Positions 21,338-31,727 of a stretch of DNA of 64,000 nucleotides are shown here, one piece after another. This DNA comes from a bacterium (GTDB taxonomy: Bacteria; UBA8248; JACPRG01; G963555815). Positions within the stretch are counted from its first letter, which is position 1. Each line of letters opens with the position of its first letter. The notes beneath the pieces are model-generated. The model worked only from the letters and a program-made list of their open reading frames with translations. It did no database searches and was not told the origin of the DNA. The stretch is taken from assembly GCA_965261595.1 (NCBI GenBank), contig CBDHDG010000007.1, forward strand, positions 928,001-992,000, read 5' to 3'. The translations under genes and the position numbers were made by a program.

Positions 21338-23466
21338 ATGACGATTCGCGCAGAAGTTGCTCAAGCGGAACTTTCGTTGGTCGAGAGGCCAGATGTCCGA
21401 TGGCCTCTTCCCCCCAAGACGTCCTCATGCAGGGAGTCGGACTGGCGTTCGCTGTTCAAGCGCGAACGGGCGCGGGCGGAGGCGCGCTGCGAGGAGTTGC
21501 GGTGGGCGGAGGTGGATTCCCGCGCCCGGGCGGGTTCGCTGAAGTGGCGACTCGACGCCTGCCGGAGCAAGCTGAAGGCGGCCGTGGAGGAGACGAAGGA
21601 AGTCCGCCGAGCGGCGCAGGACGCCCTTTCCTTGCAGGCGGAAGTGGCGCGGCTGGAGAAGCGCCTTTCGGAAGCCAGGGTCAAGTCGGCCGGGGGCCGC
21701 TCGGGCGCGTCGCCGTCGGGGGAGGCCGCCCGGCTGCGCAAGGAGGCGGTCCGGCTGACCAGGGAAGTCGCCCGGCTGGAGGACCGGCTGGCCCGGGAGA
21801 CGCAGGCGTCGGAGACCGACAAGGAGACCATCAGGTGGCAGGGCCGCGAGGTCATTGGGCTCCATGCGGAGTTGAGGCGATTGCGCGACCAGGCGGAGGC
21901 GGTCAAGTCGTTGTCCGGGGAGGTCTACCGTCTGGGGGTCGCCCTGGAAGTCGCCGGATCCGCGAAGGAGCGGCTGAAGGCCCGGCTTTTGCGCGCGAGC
22001 GAGGCGGCGCGGTCGAGGTCGCCGTCGCGTGAGGACGCTGAACTGCGCAAGGCCCTGGGGAGGTCGCGCCGCCAGAAGACGGCGCTCAGGTCCCTATCCA
22101 GGGAGAACGCCCGGCTACGCAAAGCCGTGAATGCATCGCAGAGCCGGAACGAGACGCTGGAAGCGCAGCTTGCGAAGCTTCGTGCGAGCGGGGCGGTGCT
22201 GTCGAAGGCGCTGTTCGGGCGCAGGAGCGAACAGCAGGAGCGAACAGCAGGAGAGGCCGCGCTCTGAGCCGCCGGGCATGGCCGCACCCTGCGGCCCGCG
22301 CTCGAGGAGAGGACGGAAGAGCGCAATCCGCCGGCCGAGGCATGCGTCTGTGGCCGATGCGGGAAGCCCTACGTGGCCAACGGCGCCGAGGTCTCCACCA
22401 TCGTCGAGATCGAAGTCTCGGCTCACAAACGCGTCATCCGCCGTCCGCGATGGCGCCGGAGGTGCGACTGCGCGTCCTCACCCACCGAAGTGTCGGCGCT
22501 CCCGGCACCGCGCCTGTTCGCAGGCACGCCCTGCGGGACCAGCGTGTGGGCGCGGTTCCTGTTCGAGCGCTATGCCTGCTTCCGTCCCCTGCGCCGGGTC
22601 GCCTCGTGGCTGTCCGCCATGGTGATGAGACTACCTGGCGCGTGCAGTCGCTTCGCGAGGAGAGCCGCTCGAGCCGGGCTTGGCTGTGGACCTCGGTCAG
22701 CGAGGACGCGGTCTACTTCCACGTTGACCCCTCGCGCGGTGCGGAGGTCGCGAGGAAGCTGTTCGGAACGGCCGGCCTCCATACGGTCATCGTCTGCGAC
22801 CGCTACAGCGCCTACAAGAAGATGGCGCGCATTCCCGGGGGCCTGGTGACCCTCGCTTGGTGCTGGAGTCATATGCGGAGAGATTTTATCCACTGCGCGG
22901 CCGGCGAGGTGCGGCTGACGCGGTGGTGCCGGAGATGGATCGAGCGGATCGCACTGATCTATCGCCTGAACGAGGCTCGCCTGGCCCATTACGACCCCGG
23001 CCGCGACCGGCAGAGCGCGGCGTTCGACGCGGCGCAGGCCGCGCTGAAGAAAGCGCTCGACGGCCTGTTCGCGGAAGCCGGGCGGGAGTTGGCCTCCTTG
23101 CCGGAGAACGCGCGCGAGGGCAAGGCGTTGCGCTCGCTGCTGAACCATCGCGAGGGCTTGAGCGTCTTCGTCGACCGCCCGCAGACGCCGATGGACAACA
23201 ACGCCGCCGAGCGCGCGCTGAGGGGACCGGTGATCGGGAGACGGCTCTCGTTCGGCTCCGACCGCGAGACCGGCGCCCGGTTCACGGCGATGATGTACTC
23301 GGTCCTCGGTACCCTCGCGCCGGGCGGCATCGACCCTCTCCGCTGGCTGGAGGCATGGCTGGCGGCATGTGCGGAGAGAGGCGGCCGGGCGCCTGAGGAC
23401 CTCTCGCCGTGGCTGCCCTGGTCGATGGGCGCGGAGCGCAGGCGCGCCCTCATGGCGCCGGGATGA
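21338..23466 (+). pseudogene. IS66 TnpC-like transposase (long coiled coil, Zn finger, DDE), frameshifted about 22240 with internal deletion about 22620
   Basis: LFGRRSEQ; C.C..CG Zn ribbon; DETTW, CDRYSAY, CWSHMRRDF, DNNAAERALR. Confidence 0.88.
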
Positions 23467-23470
23467 CGTC

Positions 23471-24343
23471 ATGATCGAGTGCCGCTATTACGGACGCGAC
23501 TTCACCACCGAAGAGATGACGCTCCTGCGCGCGCTGATCGCCGGTCCTCCGGCGCTGAACCGCCACGCGCTCTCGAAGGAGTTCTGCCGGCGCATCGGCT
23601 GGCGCAAGCCCGACGGCGGGCTCAAGGACATGATGGCCAGGGTGACCATGCTGGCCATGCACAAAGACGGCCTGATCGCCCTGCCGCCGCCGAAGTGGCG
23701 GCAGAACCGGCCCGGGCTGATCGTCTTCGGTCCGGAGACCGAACCACCACCGGTCCCGGCGCCGGCCACCCTGGAGGAGGTCCGCCCGCTCGACATGCAG
23801 ATCGTCGTGCGCGGCACCGCCGGGGGCAAGCGGTGGAACGAGTTCGTCGCCCGTTACCACTATCTCGGCTACAGGACCCTCGTCGGCGCCCAGATGCGCT
23901 ACGCCGTCCACGACCGCAACGGTTGCCCCATCGCCATGCTCGGCTTCTCCACCGCCGCGTGGAAGCTGGCCTCTCGAGACCGCTTCATCGGTTGGACGCC
24001 CGGGCTGCGCGAGAAGAACCTCCCCCTCGTGGTCGACAACCCGAGGTTCCTCATCCTGCCCTGGATCAAGATCCCCAACCTCGGTTCGCACATCCTCGCC
24101 ATCGTCCGCCGTCGCCTGCCCCAGGACTGGGCCGAGCGCTACAACACCACCCCCGTGCTCATCGAAACCTTCGTCGAGACCCCCCGTTACACCGGCGCCG
24201 TCTACAGGGCATCGGGATGGACCCACGTCGGAACCACCCAGGGACGCGGACGCTACGACAGGTACACGAGACGCGCCCAACCGAAAAAGGATATCTGGCT
24301 CCGCCCCCTCAAAAAAAATTGGAAACGAACCCTCAACAGCTAA
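23471..24343 (+). CDS. DUF4338 (DruA-like) domain protein, intact
   Basis: WNEFVARYHYLGY..LVGAQMRY, LGFSTAAWKL..RDRFIGW, RFLILPW....NLGSHIL, PVLIETFV, Y.ASGW..VG.T.GRGR. Confidence 0.88.
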   Translation: MIECRYYGRDFTTEEMTLLRALIAGPPALNRHALSKEFCRRIGWRKPDGGLKDMMARVTMLAMHKDGLIALPPPKWRQNRPGLIVFGPETEPPPVPAPATLEEVRPLDMQIVVRGTAGGKRWNEFVARYHYLGYRTLVGAQMRYAVHDRNGCPIAMLGFSTAAWKLASRDRFIGWTPGLREKNLPLVVDNPRFLILPWIKIPNLGSHILAIVRRRLPQDWAERYNTTPVLIETFVETPRYTGAVYRASGWTHVGTTQGRGRYDRYTRRAQPKKDIWLRPLKKNWKRTLNS

Positions 24344-24550
24344 ATTACCCCCCCATCACGGCCCGTCCGAACGGTTACCGACAGGGACTCGCCGAGATGC
24401 GCAGGAGTTTTAACGAATCCGCTTTCATTTTGATTACGGACTGCAGAAGGCAGGTTCCGAATGAGATTGGAAATTATGTATATTCTCAATAATATCAATA
24501 GTATAATAGGATCTCACGGCTGGAAAGAACGGCTTTACGGCTGAATCAAG

Positions 24551-24953
24551 ATGCAAAACGTCGTGAAGAAGGTCCGAAAGCGCAACCAGGAGGCGGTGGT
24601 CTCGGGCGCACAAAGGATCTACGAGGCCCACAGCCGCCGGGCGGCCATCGCCGCCTTTTGGCGATGTGCCAAGCAGTGGCGAGGGCGGGAGCCCAAGGCG
24701 GTGGCGTGCATCGAGAGCGACCTCGAGACGTTGTTGGCCCACTTCCAAGAGCCCCCCGCCCTTCGGGTCACCCTGCGCACGATAAACCCCATTGAGCGGG
24801 TCTTTCGGGAGGTGAGACGAAGAACCAGACCCATGACCGTCATGAACAACAACGAGTCCCTGGAACGCGTCGCCTACAGCGTGTTCCACCGCATTAACAC
24901 CTAGTGGGAGACAAACCCTCTCTGCACTTCTACACAAAACTCGTGACATTACC
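24551..24953 (+). mobile_element. IS256-family transposase C-terminal fragment with right end
   Basis: LRT.NPIERVFREVRRRTRPM motif; ends ttctacacaaaactcgtgacattacc. Confidence 0.8.
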
Positions 24954-25205
24954 TTCGACAACCACGGATTTCACAGATGGGCGCGGATTCTTGCCACCCT
25001 CGATCATATCCGACCCCATCCATTTCCCGCACCGAACACCATGGCGGCGTAAGCCAAAAGCCAAGCATTCAGTATGGTGTCTCTGGAATCCCACAGGTTC
25101 CCTTGACGGGAAGCAAAAATTGTCTTATTGTCTGATCATCATTCAATATGGAAGAACCCCGCAATCCGGGGATCTTCTTTTTTCCGTGTGGGGGGATCGA
25201 GGGTC

Positions 25206-26750
25206 TTGAAATCTCTATCCGAGGAGTTGCGGGGCCGCATCGAAAAGGCCCGCCTGGGCGGCGGCCACGAGGCTGTCAAGCGGCAGCACGACCGCGGCAA
25301 GATGACCGCCCGAGAGCGCGTCGCTTTCCTCCTCGACGAGGGAAGCTTCACCGAGCTGGACGCCTTCACCGAGTCGCGCGCCACCGATTTCGGGATGGAT
25401 CGGCGCCGCACCCCCGGCGACGGGGTCGTGACAGGGTCCGGGCGGATCGACGGGAGCCTCGTCTACCTCTACTCGCAGGACTTCACCGCCCTGGGCGGGT
25501 CGCTGGGCGAGATGCACGCCGAGAAGATCTGCCGCGTCATGGACCTGGCGGTGAGCGCCGGGCGTCCCTTCATCCAGATAAACGACTCGGGCGGCGCCCG
25601 GATTCACGAGGGGGTCAGCTCCCTCAACGGTTACGGGAAAATCTTCCGGCGAAACACCCTCGCGTCGGGCGTCATCCCGCAAATCGCCGTCATCCTGGGG
25701 CCCTGCGCCGGGGGGGCGGTCTACTCGCCGGCCATCTGTGATTTTGTCTTCATGGTCCCGGGCGTCAGCCACATGTTCGTCACCGGCCCGGACGTGATCA
25801 AGACCGTCACGGGCGAAGACATCACCTTCGACGACCTGGGGGGCGCGGGGGTGCACGGCGGCGTAAGCGGCGTCGCCCACTTCATCCCGGCCAACGAAAA
25901 GGAATGCCTCCTGACGGTCAAGAAGCTTCTGAGCTTTTTGCCCTCGAACAACGCGGACGACCCCCCACGGAGCGAATCGCCCGATTTTCCGCCCCTGGAG
26001 AACGAGGCCCTGGACAACCTCATTCCCATTCGGCAGACGGAGCCTTACGACGTTCACGACCTGATCGATGGGGTCTTCGACCACGGCGACTTCCTCGAAG
26101 TGCAGCCGGATTTCGCCCGAAATGTCGTGGTGGGTTTCGCCCGCCTCGGCGGGTCACCGGTCGGCGTGATCGCCAACCAACCGGCGTTCCTGGCCGGCGT
26201 GATGGACATCGACTCCTCGGACAAGGTCGCCCGGATGGTCCGCCTGTGCGACAGCTTCAATCTGCCGGTCATCACATTCGTGGATGTCCCGGGATTCCTC
26301 CCCGGCGCCCAGCAGGAGTTCGGCGGGATCATCCGCCACGGGGCCAAGGTCCTGTTCGCCTATTCCGAGGCGACGGTTCCCAAAATCAGCCTCATCGTCC
26401 GCAAGGCGTACGGCGGGGCGTATATCGCCTTCGCGAACCGCGACATGGGGTTCGACCGGGTGCTGGCCTATCCGACGGCGGAGGTGGCCGTGATGGGGCC
26501 CGAGGGGGCGGCCAACGTCATTTTCCGGCGCGAGATCGCCGACGCCGAGGACTCGGAAGCCAAGCGGCAGGAGTTGATCGAGGATTTCCGCAAGAAGTTC
26601 TGCACGCCTTACTCGGCGGCCGCCCTGGGCTTCGTGGATTCGATCATCGAGCCGCGGCACACCCGCCGGGCGCTCATGAGCGCCCTGGAGATGCTCCAGG
26701 GAAAACGCGAGAGCCGCCCGCGGAAAAAACACGGGAATATCCCTTTGTGA
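25206..26750 (+). CDS. mmdA: Acyl-CoA carboxyltransferase subunit (methylmalonyl-CoA decarboxylase alpha-like)
   Basis: GKMTARER, QDFT..GGSLG, DSGGARIHEG, GPCAGGAVYSP, DVPGFLPG, KKHGNIPL. TTG start inferred. Confidence 0.9.
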   Translation: MKSLSEELRGRIEKARLGGGHEAVKRQHDRGKMTARERVAFLLDEGSFTELDAFTESRATDFGMDRRRTPGDGVVTGSGRIDGSLVYLYSQDFTALGGSLGEMHAEKICRVMDLAVSAGRPFIQINDSGGARIHEGVSSLNGYGKIFRRNTLASGVIPQIAVILGPCAGGAVYSPAICDFVFMVPGVSHMFVTGPDVIKTVTGEDITFDDLGGAGVHGGVSGVAHFIPANEKECLLTVKKLLSFLPSNNADDPPRSESPDFPPLENEALDNLIPIRQTEPYDVHDLIDGVFDHGDFLEVQPDFARNVVVGFARLGGSPVGVIANQPAFLAGVMDIDSSDKVARMVRLCDSFNLPVITFVDVPGFLPGAQQEFGGIIRHGAKVLFAYSEATVPKISLIVRKAYGGAYIAFANRDMGFDRVLAYPTAEVAVMGPEGAANVIFRREIADAEDSEAKRQELIEDFRKKFCTPYSAAALGFVDSIIEPRHTRRALMSALEMLQGKRESRPRKKHGNIPL

Positions 26751-27004
26751 TCGGAGAAGAACCTTACCGGGGGGGACATCTCCGCCTTCGCGTGGGACAA
26801 GCTTTGAAAACCGTCCCCCCCCTGCCCCCCCCCCCGAAAGCTTTCTGCGGCCCGGTAAAACCGGGCCTTGATGGGGTTGGGTCTCGGGTCGGCTGAACGG
26901 TTTGTCTGTGGCCCGCCGATGGCGTCGGTCGTTGGCGGACACGGCATCCGGCGAATTTGCAAGTTTTTGTGATTGTGTAAAAAGCACACCACCGCCCAAC
27001 AACG

Positions 27005-27140
27005 GTAGGGCGGGCTTCCAGCCCGCCTTTTGATTTCAAATGGTGTGCGCCAACGAGGTTGCGATGAACACGAGAACCTCCATCCGCAGCCTGGCCGGCG
27101 CGCAAGCGCCCCGCAGGTTGGCCGTCGTGCAAGCGCCCCG
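27005..27140. repeat. GTAG-type REP hairpin plus dispersed about 70-bp repeat
   Basis: gtagggcgggcttccagcccgcc hairpin. 27043-27140 is the reverse complement of the repeat family at 47755-47920. Confidence 0.6.
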
Positions 27141-27149
27141 AGCGCGGAC

Positions 27150-27497
27150 ATGATGAATCAGGGCCTGTTACTCGCCGTCATCGGGATGGGGACCGTTTTC
27201 CTCTCCCTGTTCGCGTTGGCCGTCCTGATCCGGTTGCTGAACTGGCTGGCCGCCCGGAGGGAGGAGAGCGGGAGAGATCGGGCGCCGGCGCCCGAGAGGG
27301 GGGGGGAGAGGGGGACGGGCGGCGCTCCGTCCGAAAACTCCGGCGGGGAGGATTTCCTCCCCATCGTCGCCGCTGCCGTGGGCGCGTATCTGGAGGCCCA
27401 GTCCGCACAAGTGTTCCTTATTCCCGTCGAGCGGCCCGACCAATCCCGGTGGGTGATGGATGGACGGAAGGACGCCCTTTCCAGGGCGGAGCCCTAG
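27150..27497 (+). CDS. mmdD: OadG/MmdD-type membrane anchor subunit
   Basis: GL...VIGMGTVFLSL..L TM helix, P/G-rich linker, AAAVGAY...W...GR. Confidence 0.85.
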   Translation: MMNQGLLLAVIGMGTVFLSLFALAVLIRLLNWLAARREESGRDRAPAPERGGERGTGGAPSENSGGEDFLPIVAAAVGAYLEAQSAQVFLIPVERPDQSRWVMDGRKDALSRAEP

Positions 27498-27513
27498 CGA
27501 CAGAGAAAAGGTC

Positions 27514-27924
27514 TTGAAAAAGTTCACGCTGACCCACAGGAACGTCACGTATGAAGTGACCGTAGAGGAGGCCGGCGGCCCGGACCAGCTTCGGGTTGTG
27601 GTCGACGGGGCGGAGCACTTGGTGGACGTCGTGGCCGAGGAGGCCGACGCGCCCGCCCCGGCGTCCCGCGCCCGTCGTCCCCGTTCCGGGCCCGTGGCCG
27701 GACAGGCCGGAGAGGTGACCTCCCCGCTTCCCGGAAACATCCTCAAGGTCCTTGTCAAAGAAGGGGACCCGGTCCAGGCCGACACGGTGGTCTGCATCCT
27801 GGAGGCCATGAAGATGGAGACCCAGGTTCAGGCGAACCAAGCCGGGGCGGTCGCCGAGGTGTTGGTCCGGCAGGGGGACAAGGTGGAGGGCGGCCAGACC
27901 CTCGTCCGCATCGAGCAGGACTGA
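27514..27924 (+). CDS. mmdC: Biotin carboxyl carrier subunit
   Basis: YEVTVEE N-terminus, SPLPG.I..V.V..GD, EAMKM biotinylation motif. Confidence 0.9.
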   Translation: MKKFTLTHRNVTYEVTVEEAGGPDQLRVVVDGAEHLVDVVAEEADAPAPASRARRPRSGPVAGQAGEVTSPLPGNILKVLVKEGDPVQADTVVCILEAMKMETQVQANQAGAVAEVLVRQGDKVEGGQTLVRIEQD

Positions 27925-27947
27925 ATCCTTTAACCGTCAGGAGCGAA

Positions 27948-29078
27948 ATGGTGGACGCTCTGGGGTCCGCTTTCTTTCAATTTCTGGGACAGACCGGGGT
28001 CGCGAACCTCACGTGGGGGCACGCCACGATGCTCGTTATCGGCGCGGTCCTGGTGTACCTGGCGATTCACAAGAGGTTCGAGCCCCTGCTCCTGCTGCCG
28101 ATCGGCATCGGGGCGATCCTGTCGAACCTTCCCCAGGGCGGGATGTTCGAGGAAGGGGGGCTGCTCTACTATTTCTATTTCGGCGTCAAGCTCGGGATCT
28201 TCCCACCCCTCATCTTCCTGGGCATCGGCGCCCTGACCGACTTCGGCCCGTTGCTGGCGAACCCCAAGACCATTCTTCTGGGCGCGGCCGCGCAGTTCGG
28301 GATCTTCGGGACCCTGTTGGGGGCCCTCGCCCTGGGGTTCAGCCTTCCGGAGGCGAGCTCCATCGGCATCATCGGAGGCGCGGACGGACCAACGGCCATT
28401 TACCTGACGGCGAAGCTGGCCCCGCATCTGCTGGGCCCGGTGGCGGTGGCGGCGTATTCCTACATGGCCCTGGTGCCGCTCATCCAGCCGCCCATCATGA
28501 AGGCCCTGACCACGGCCGAGGAGCGCAAAGTGGTCATGGTGCAGAGCAAACCGGTCTCGAAATCCGTCCGGATCCTGTTTCCCATCGTCTGTATCTTTTT
28601 TACGGGCCTTTTGTTGCCGTCGTCCGCTCCCCTGGTGGGGATGCTGATGCTGGGCAACCTGTTCCGGGAGTGCGGCGTCGTGGACCGTCTGTTGAAGACC
28701 TCGGAGAACGAGTTGTTGAACATCGTGACCATCCTCCTCGGCATGTCCGTCGGGGCGTCGATGTCCGCGGCGGCGTTCCTCAACCTTCAGACACTGTTCA
28801 TCCTCCTTCTGGGGTTCATCGCGTTTTCCATCGGCACGGCGACGGGCGTCTTGTTCGGAAAGATCATGGCGGCCTTCTCGAAAGACGCCATCAATCCGCT
28901 GATCGGCGCGGCGGGCGTCTCGGCCGTCCCCATGGCGGCGCGGGTCGTTCAGAAGGTCGGTCAGGAAGCGGACTCGAACAACTTCCTCCTCATGCACGCC
29001 ATGGGGCCGAACGTGGCCGGGGTCATCGGCTCGGTCATCGCGGCCGGGGTCCTGCTGTCGGTTGTGGGGCAAGGCTGA
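27948..29078 (+). CDS. mmdB: Na+-translocating decarboxylase beta subunit
   Basis: [55 protein letters not shown]. Confidence 0.95.
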   Translation: MVDALGSAFFQFLGQTGVANLTWGHATMLVIGAVLVYLAIHKRFEPLLLLPIGIGAILSNLPQGGMFEEGGLLYYFYFGVKLGIFPPLIFLGIGALTDFGPLLANPKTILLGAAAQFGIFGTLLGALALGFSLPEASSIGIIGGADGPTAIYLTAKLAPHLLGPVAVAAYSYMALVPLIQPPIMKALTTAEERKVVMVQSKPVSKSVRILFPIVCIFFTGLLLPSSAPLVGMLMLGNLFRECGVVDRLLKTSENELLNIVTILLGMSVGASMSAAAFLNLQTLFILLLGFIAFSIGTATGVLFGKIMAAFSKDAINPLIGAAGVSAVPMAARVVQKVGQEADSNNFLLMHAMGPNVAGVIGSVIAAGVLLSVVGQG

Positions 29079-29100
29079 GGGCGGAAAGGGAGGTGCATTC

Positions 29101-30291
29101 ATGTCAGGCGCACTGGAAGGCATCCGCGTCCTGGACCTGACCCGGATCCTGGCCGGACCTTACGCCACGATGATGCTGGGGGACCTGGGGGCCGAGGTCA
29201 TCAAGGTCGAGATCCCCGGCAAAGGGGACGATACGCGCGGATGGGGTCCTCCCTTCGTCAACGGGGAGTCCTCCTATTTCATGAGCATCAACCGGAACAA
29301 GAAGAGCCTGACCCTCAACCTCAAAGACGAAAAAGGAAAGGCGATCCTCACGCGTCTCATCGAACGCTCCGACGTCGTGGCCGAGAACTTCCGGCCCGGG
29401 ACGATGGAGAAACTGGGGTTCGGATACGGCCGCGTCCGGGAGATCAACCCGCGGGCCGTCTTCGCCTCCATCTCGGGGTTCGGCCACACCGGGCCGCTGG
29501 CGGAGCGTCCGGGATACGACGTTGTGATTCAGGGAGAGGGCGGCGTCATGAGCCTGACCGGCGAGCCGGACGGGCCGCCGGCGAAGGTCGGGGCCTCGAT
29601 CGCCGACATCACGGCCGGCATGCTGGCCTGTCACGGCATCCTGGCGGCCCTTCTCGCCCGGGAGCGGACGGGGACCGGCCAAAAGGTGGACATCGGCATG
29701 CTGGACGGCCAGGTCGCCCTGCTGACGTACCAGGCGGGGATCTTCTTCTCGACCGGGGCGGCCCCCAAGCGGCTCGGCAACGCCCACCCCAGCATCACCC
29801 CGTACGAGACCTTCCGGTGCGCCGACGGGTTCATCAACCTCGGTGTGGGGAACGACTCGTTGTGGGTCAAATTCTGCGACGAGATCGAGCGGCCCGAATG
29901 GGCCCGCGATCCCCGGTACGAGAAGAACGCCGACCGGGTGAAGAACCATGATGAGGTGAAGGCCCTCCTGGATGAGATCCTCATCGCCCGGCCCCGGTCC
30001 TTCTGGCTGGACAAGCTGAACGCCGCCGGCGTCCCGTGCGGGTCCATCAACACGCTGGATCAGGTGCTGACCCACCCGCAGGTTCTGGCCCGGGACATGG
30101 TGGTCGAGGTGGACCATCCGGTGGCGGGGAAGACGAAGCTCACCGGCGCGCCCATCAAGCTCTCCGACACGCCGGCGGAAATTCGCACGCCCCCGCCCCT
30201 TCTGGGGGAGCACACCGATGAGGTTCTGACGGAGGTCCTGGGGTTTTCCGCGTCCGAGATCGAGGCGCTTCGGGCCGGGGGGGTGGTCTGA
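29101..30291 (+). CDS. Class III CoA-transferase (CaiB/BaiF)
   Basis: L.GIRVLDL..ILAGP, LGAEVIKVE, NRNKKS, ENFRPG, catalytic IAD, PPPLLGEHT. RBS GGAGG. Confidence 0.92.
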   Translation: MSGALEGIRVLDLTRILAGPYATMMLGDLGAEVIKVEIPGKGDDTRGWGPPFVNGESSYFMSINRNKKSLTLNLKDEKGKAILTRLIERSDVVAENFRPGTMEKLGFGYGRVREINPRAVFASISGFGHTGPLAERPGYDVVIQGEGGVMSLTGEPDGPPAKVGASIADITAGMLACHGILAALLARERTGTGQKVDIGMLDGQVALLTYQAGIFFSTGAAPKRLGNAHPSITPYETFRCADGFINLGVGNDSLWVKFCDEIERPEWARDPRYEKNADRVKNHDEVKALLDEILIARPRSFWLDKLNAAGVPCGSINTLDQVLTHPQVLARDMVVEVDHPVAGKTKLTGAPIKLSDTPAEIRTPPPLLGEHTDEVLTEVLGFSASEIEALRAGGVV

Positions 30292-30295
30292 GATC

Positions 30296-31006
30296 ATGGC
30301 CCGCGAAACGAGATCCGAATCGAGATTGCCGGAATTCAAAGAGATCCGTCCCCGGTCGATGAGCCGGGCGGTGGCGTCCGAGATCCGGGAGGCCATCCTG
30401 GGAGGCCGACTCGGGGCGGGCCAGCGCCTGATCGAAAAGGACCTGACGGCCACCTTCGGCGTCGGCCGGACGTCCGTCCGGGAAGCCCTGAAGGAGTTGG
30501 AGGCCCAGGGGTACATCTCCCTCGTCCCGCACAAAGGGGCCTTCGTGAGCCGGCCGACGGAGGATGAGGTCCGGGAGTTGTACGCCGTTGTGGCGGTTCT
30601 GGAGGGCCTCGCCGCCAGGATCGCGGCCAAACGGATGACGAAAGAGAATCTGGAGACCCTGCGCGGGATCACCCTTTCCCTGGAGGAGTGCCGCCGGCAG
30701 GGGGACGTGGACGGCTATTACCACCACAACCACCGGTTCCACCAGACCTTCGTCGAGGCGACCGGCAATTCGCGGCTGCGCGAGCTGATCGAGCGGGTCC
30801 GGTCACAGATCATCAAAACGAGAATCCTCTCCCACGCCGTCCCGAACCGTCTCGACGAATCCATGCGCGAGCACAAGGGCATCCTCTCCGCCTTCCTCCG
30901 CCGCGACGCCGGACGGGCGGAAAAGCGGGTGATCCGCCACCTGGAGAACCAGGAGCGGGCGTTTCTGTCTCTGATGGGATCCTCCGCCAAGCTGCGCCGC
31001 GCCTAG
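30296..31006 (+). CDS. GntR-family regulator (FCD domain)
   Basis: IREAIL.G.L..GQRL.E..L...FGVGRTSVREAL; FH and EH metal-binding residues. Confidence 0.9.
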   Translation: MARETRSESRLPEFKEIRPRSMSRAVASEIREAILGGRLGAGQRLIEKDLTATFGVGRTSVREALKELEAQGYISLVPHKGAFVSRPTEDEVRELYAVVAVLEGLAARIAAKRMTKENLETLRGITLSLEECRRQGDVDGYYHHNHRFHQTFVEATGNSRLRELIERVRSQIIKTRILSHAVPNRLDESMREHKGILSAFLRRDAGRAEKRVIRHLENQERAFLSLMGSSAKLRRA

Positions 31007-31087
31007 GCGGCGGACACGAATCGGATTTATCCGCAGATTACACAGATTGCGCGGTACTCAAGGAGAAATCGGATACCGAGGCAAGCT

Positions 31088-31611
31088 GGGGTCAGGTCTT
31101 ACATTCTAGCATTTTCCAGATTTGCGGCGAATTTTGGAAAAGAAGAAAGCCGTCAACACTTCCAAATATATCCGGGTCAAATCTTGAATCCTGAATGACC
31201 TTCGCCAAATCATTTCGCCTCCGTCGTAGCGCGCCTACGCCCTCGCGCGCTCACAGCTTTCGTGGAAAACGGCGATCCAGGGCGGTCCCCCTATTGCGGC
31301 GGTCTGTCTCAGGAGATAGGGTTTGAATACGGGGTTCGCGGCGGATTCCCCGCGTCCACCGGGGAACGCCCGGAACCGTCCGTTTCATCTATCCGACACC
31401 CTCTTTTGAACAGGAGGCCGGCCGTGACATCTTCCGAATTGCCCAGCGGACTCGATCCCGACGTCCTGGCCAAGGGAAGGACGCTCGTCATCGAGGCGGA
31501 CATCACGACCTTGGACACCATGGCCAAGGAAGGCGTGGTGATCAAAACTTGACGCTCGCTTTGACCTCTCGCGGGAAATCCAGCAAATGTTAGAATGTAA
31601 GAGCTGACCGC
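31088..31611. repeat. Partial duplicate of the OsmC-like gene promoter and first about 39 codons, bracketed by inverted REP-like repeats
   Basis: 31098-31541 aligns with 34361-34802, near-identical from the RBS on. ggggtcaggtcttacattctagcattt (31088) is inverted at about 31585-31611. Confidence 0.85.
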
Positions 31612-31727
31612 ATCCTTCCACTTGGTTCGACCCTCAGCGAGATCCCCCAACCTCTCTTCGAGGCGAGATTCCTCCCGCGGGCCAATGGCCCGCACTCGGA
31701 AGGACATTGTGATTGTATCGGGGGCGC

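Larger units (their letters stand above)
21226..24378 (+). mobile_element. IS66-family element carrying a DUF4338 passenger gene
   Basis: 27-bp TIRs gtaaccgttcggccgggccgtgatggg / gtaaccgttcggacgggccgtgatggg (1 mismatch), beginning with IS66-type GTAA. Flanks match only 5/8. Confidence 0.9.

Noticed and set aside
23471..24343. Druantia defence system
   Set aside because: Only DUF4338 is present; no DruE helicase or other dru genes, and it lies within IS66 TIRs.
31020..31050. Short cagattacacagatt-type motifs (also about 24964 and 47964) as regulatory sites
   Set aside because: They look like low-complexity dispersed intergenic repeats; too short to assign a function.
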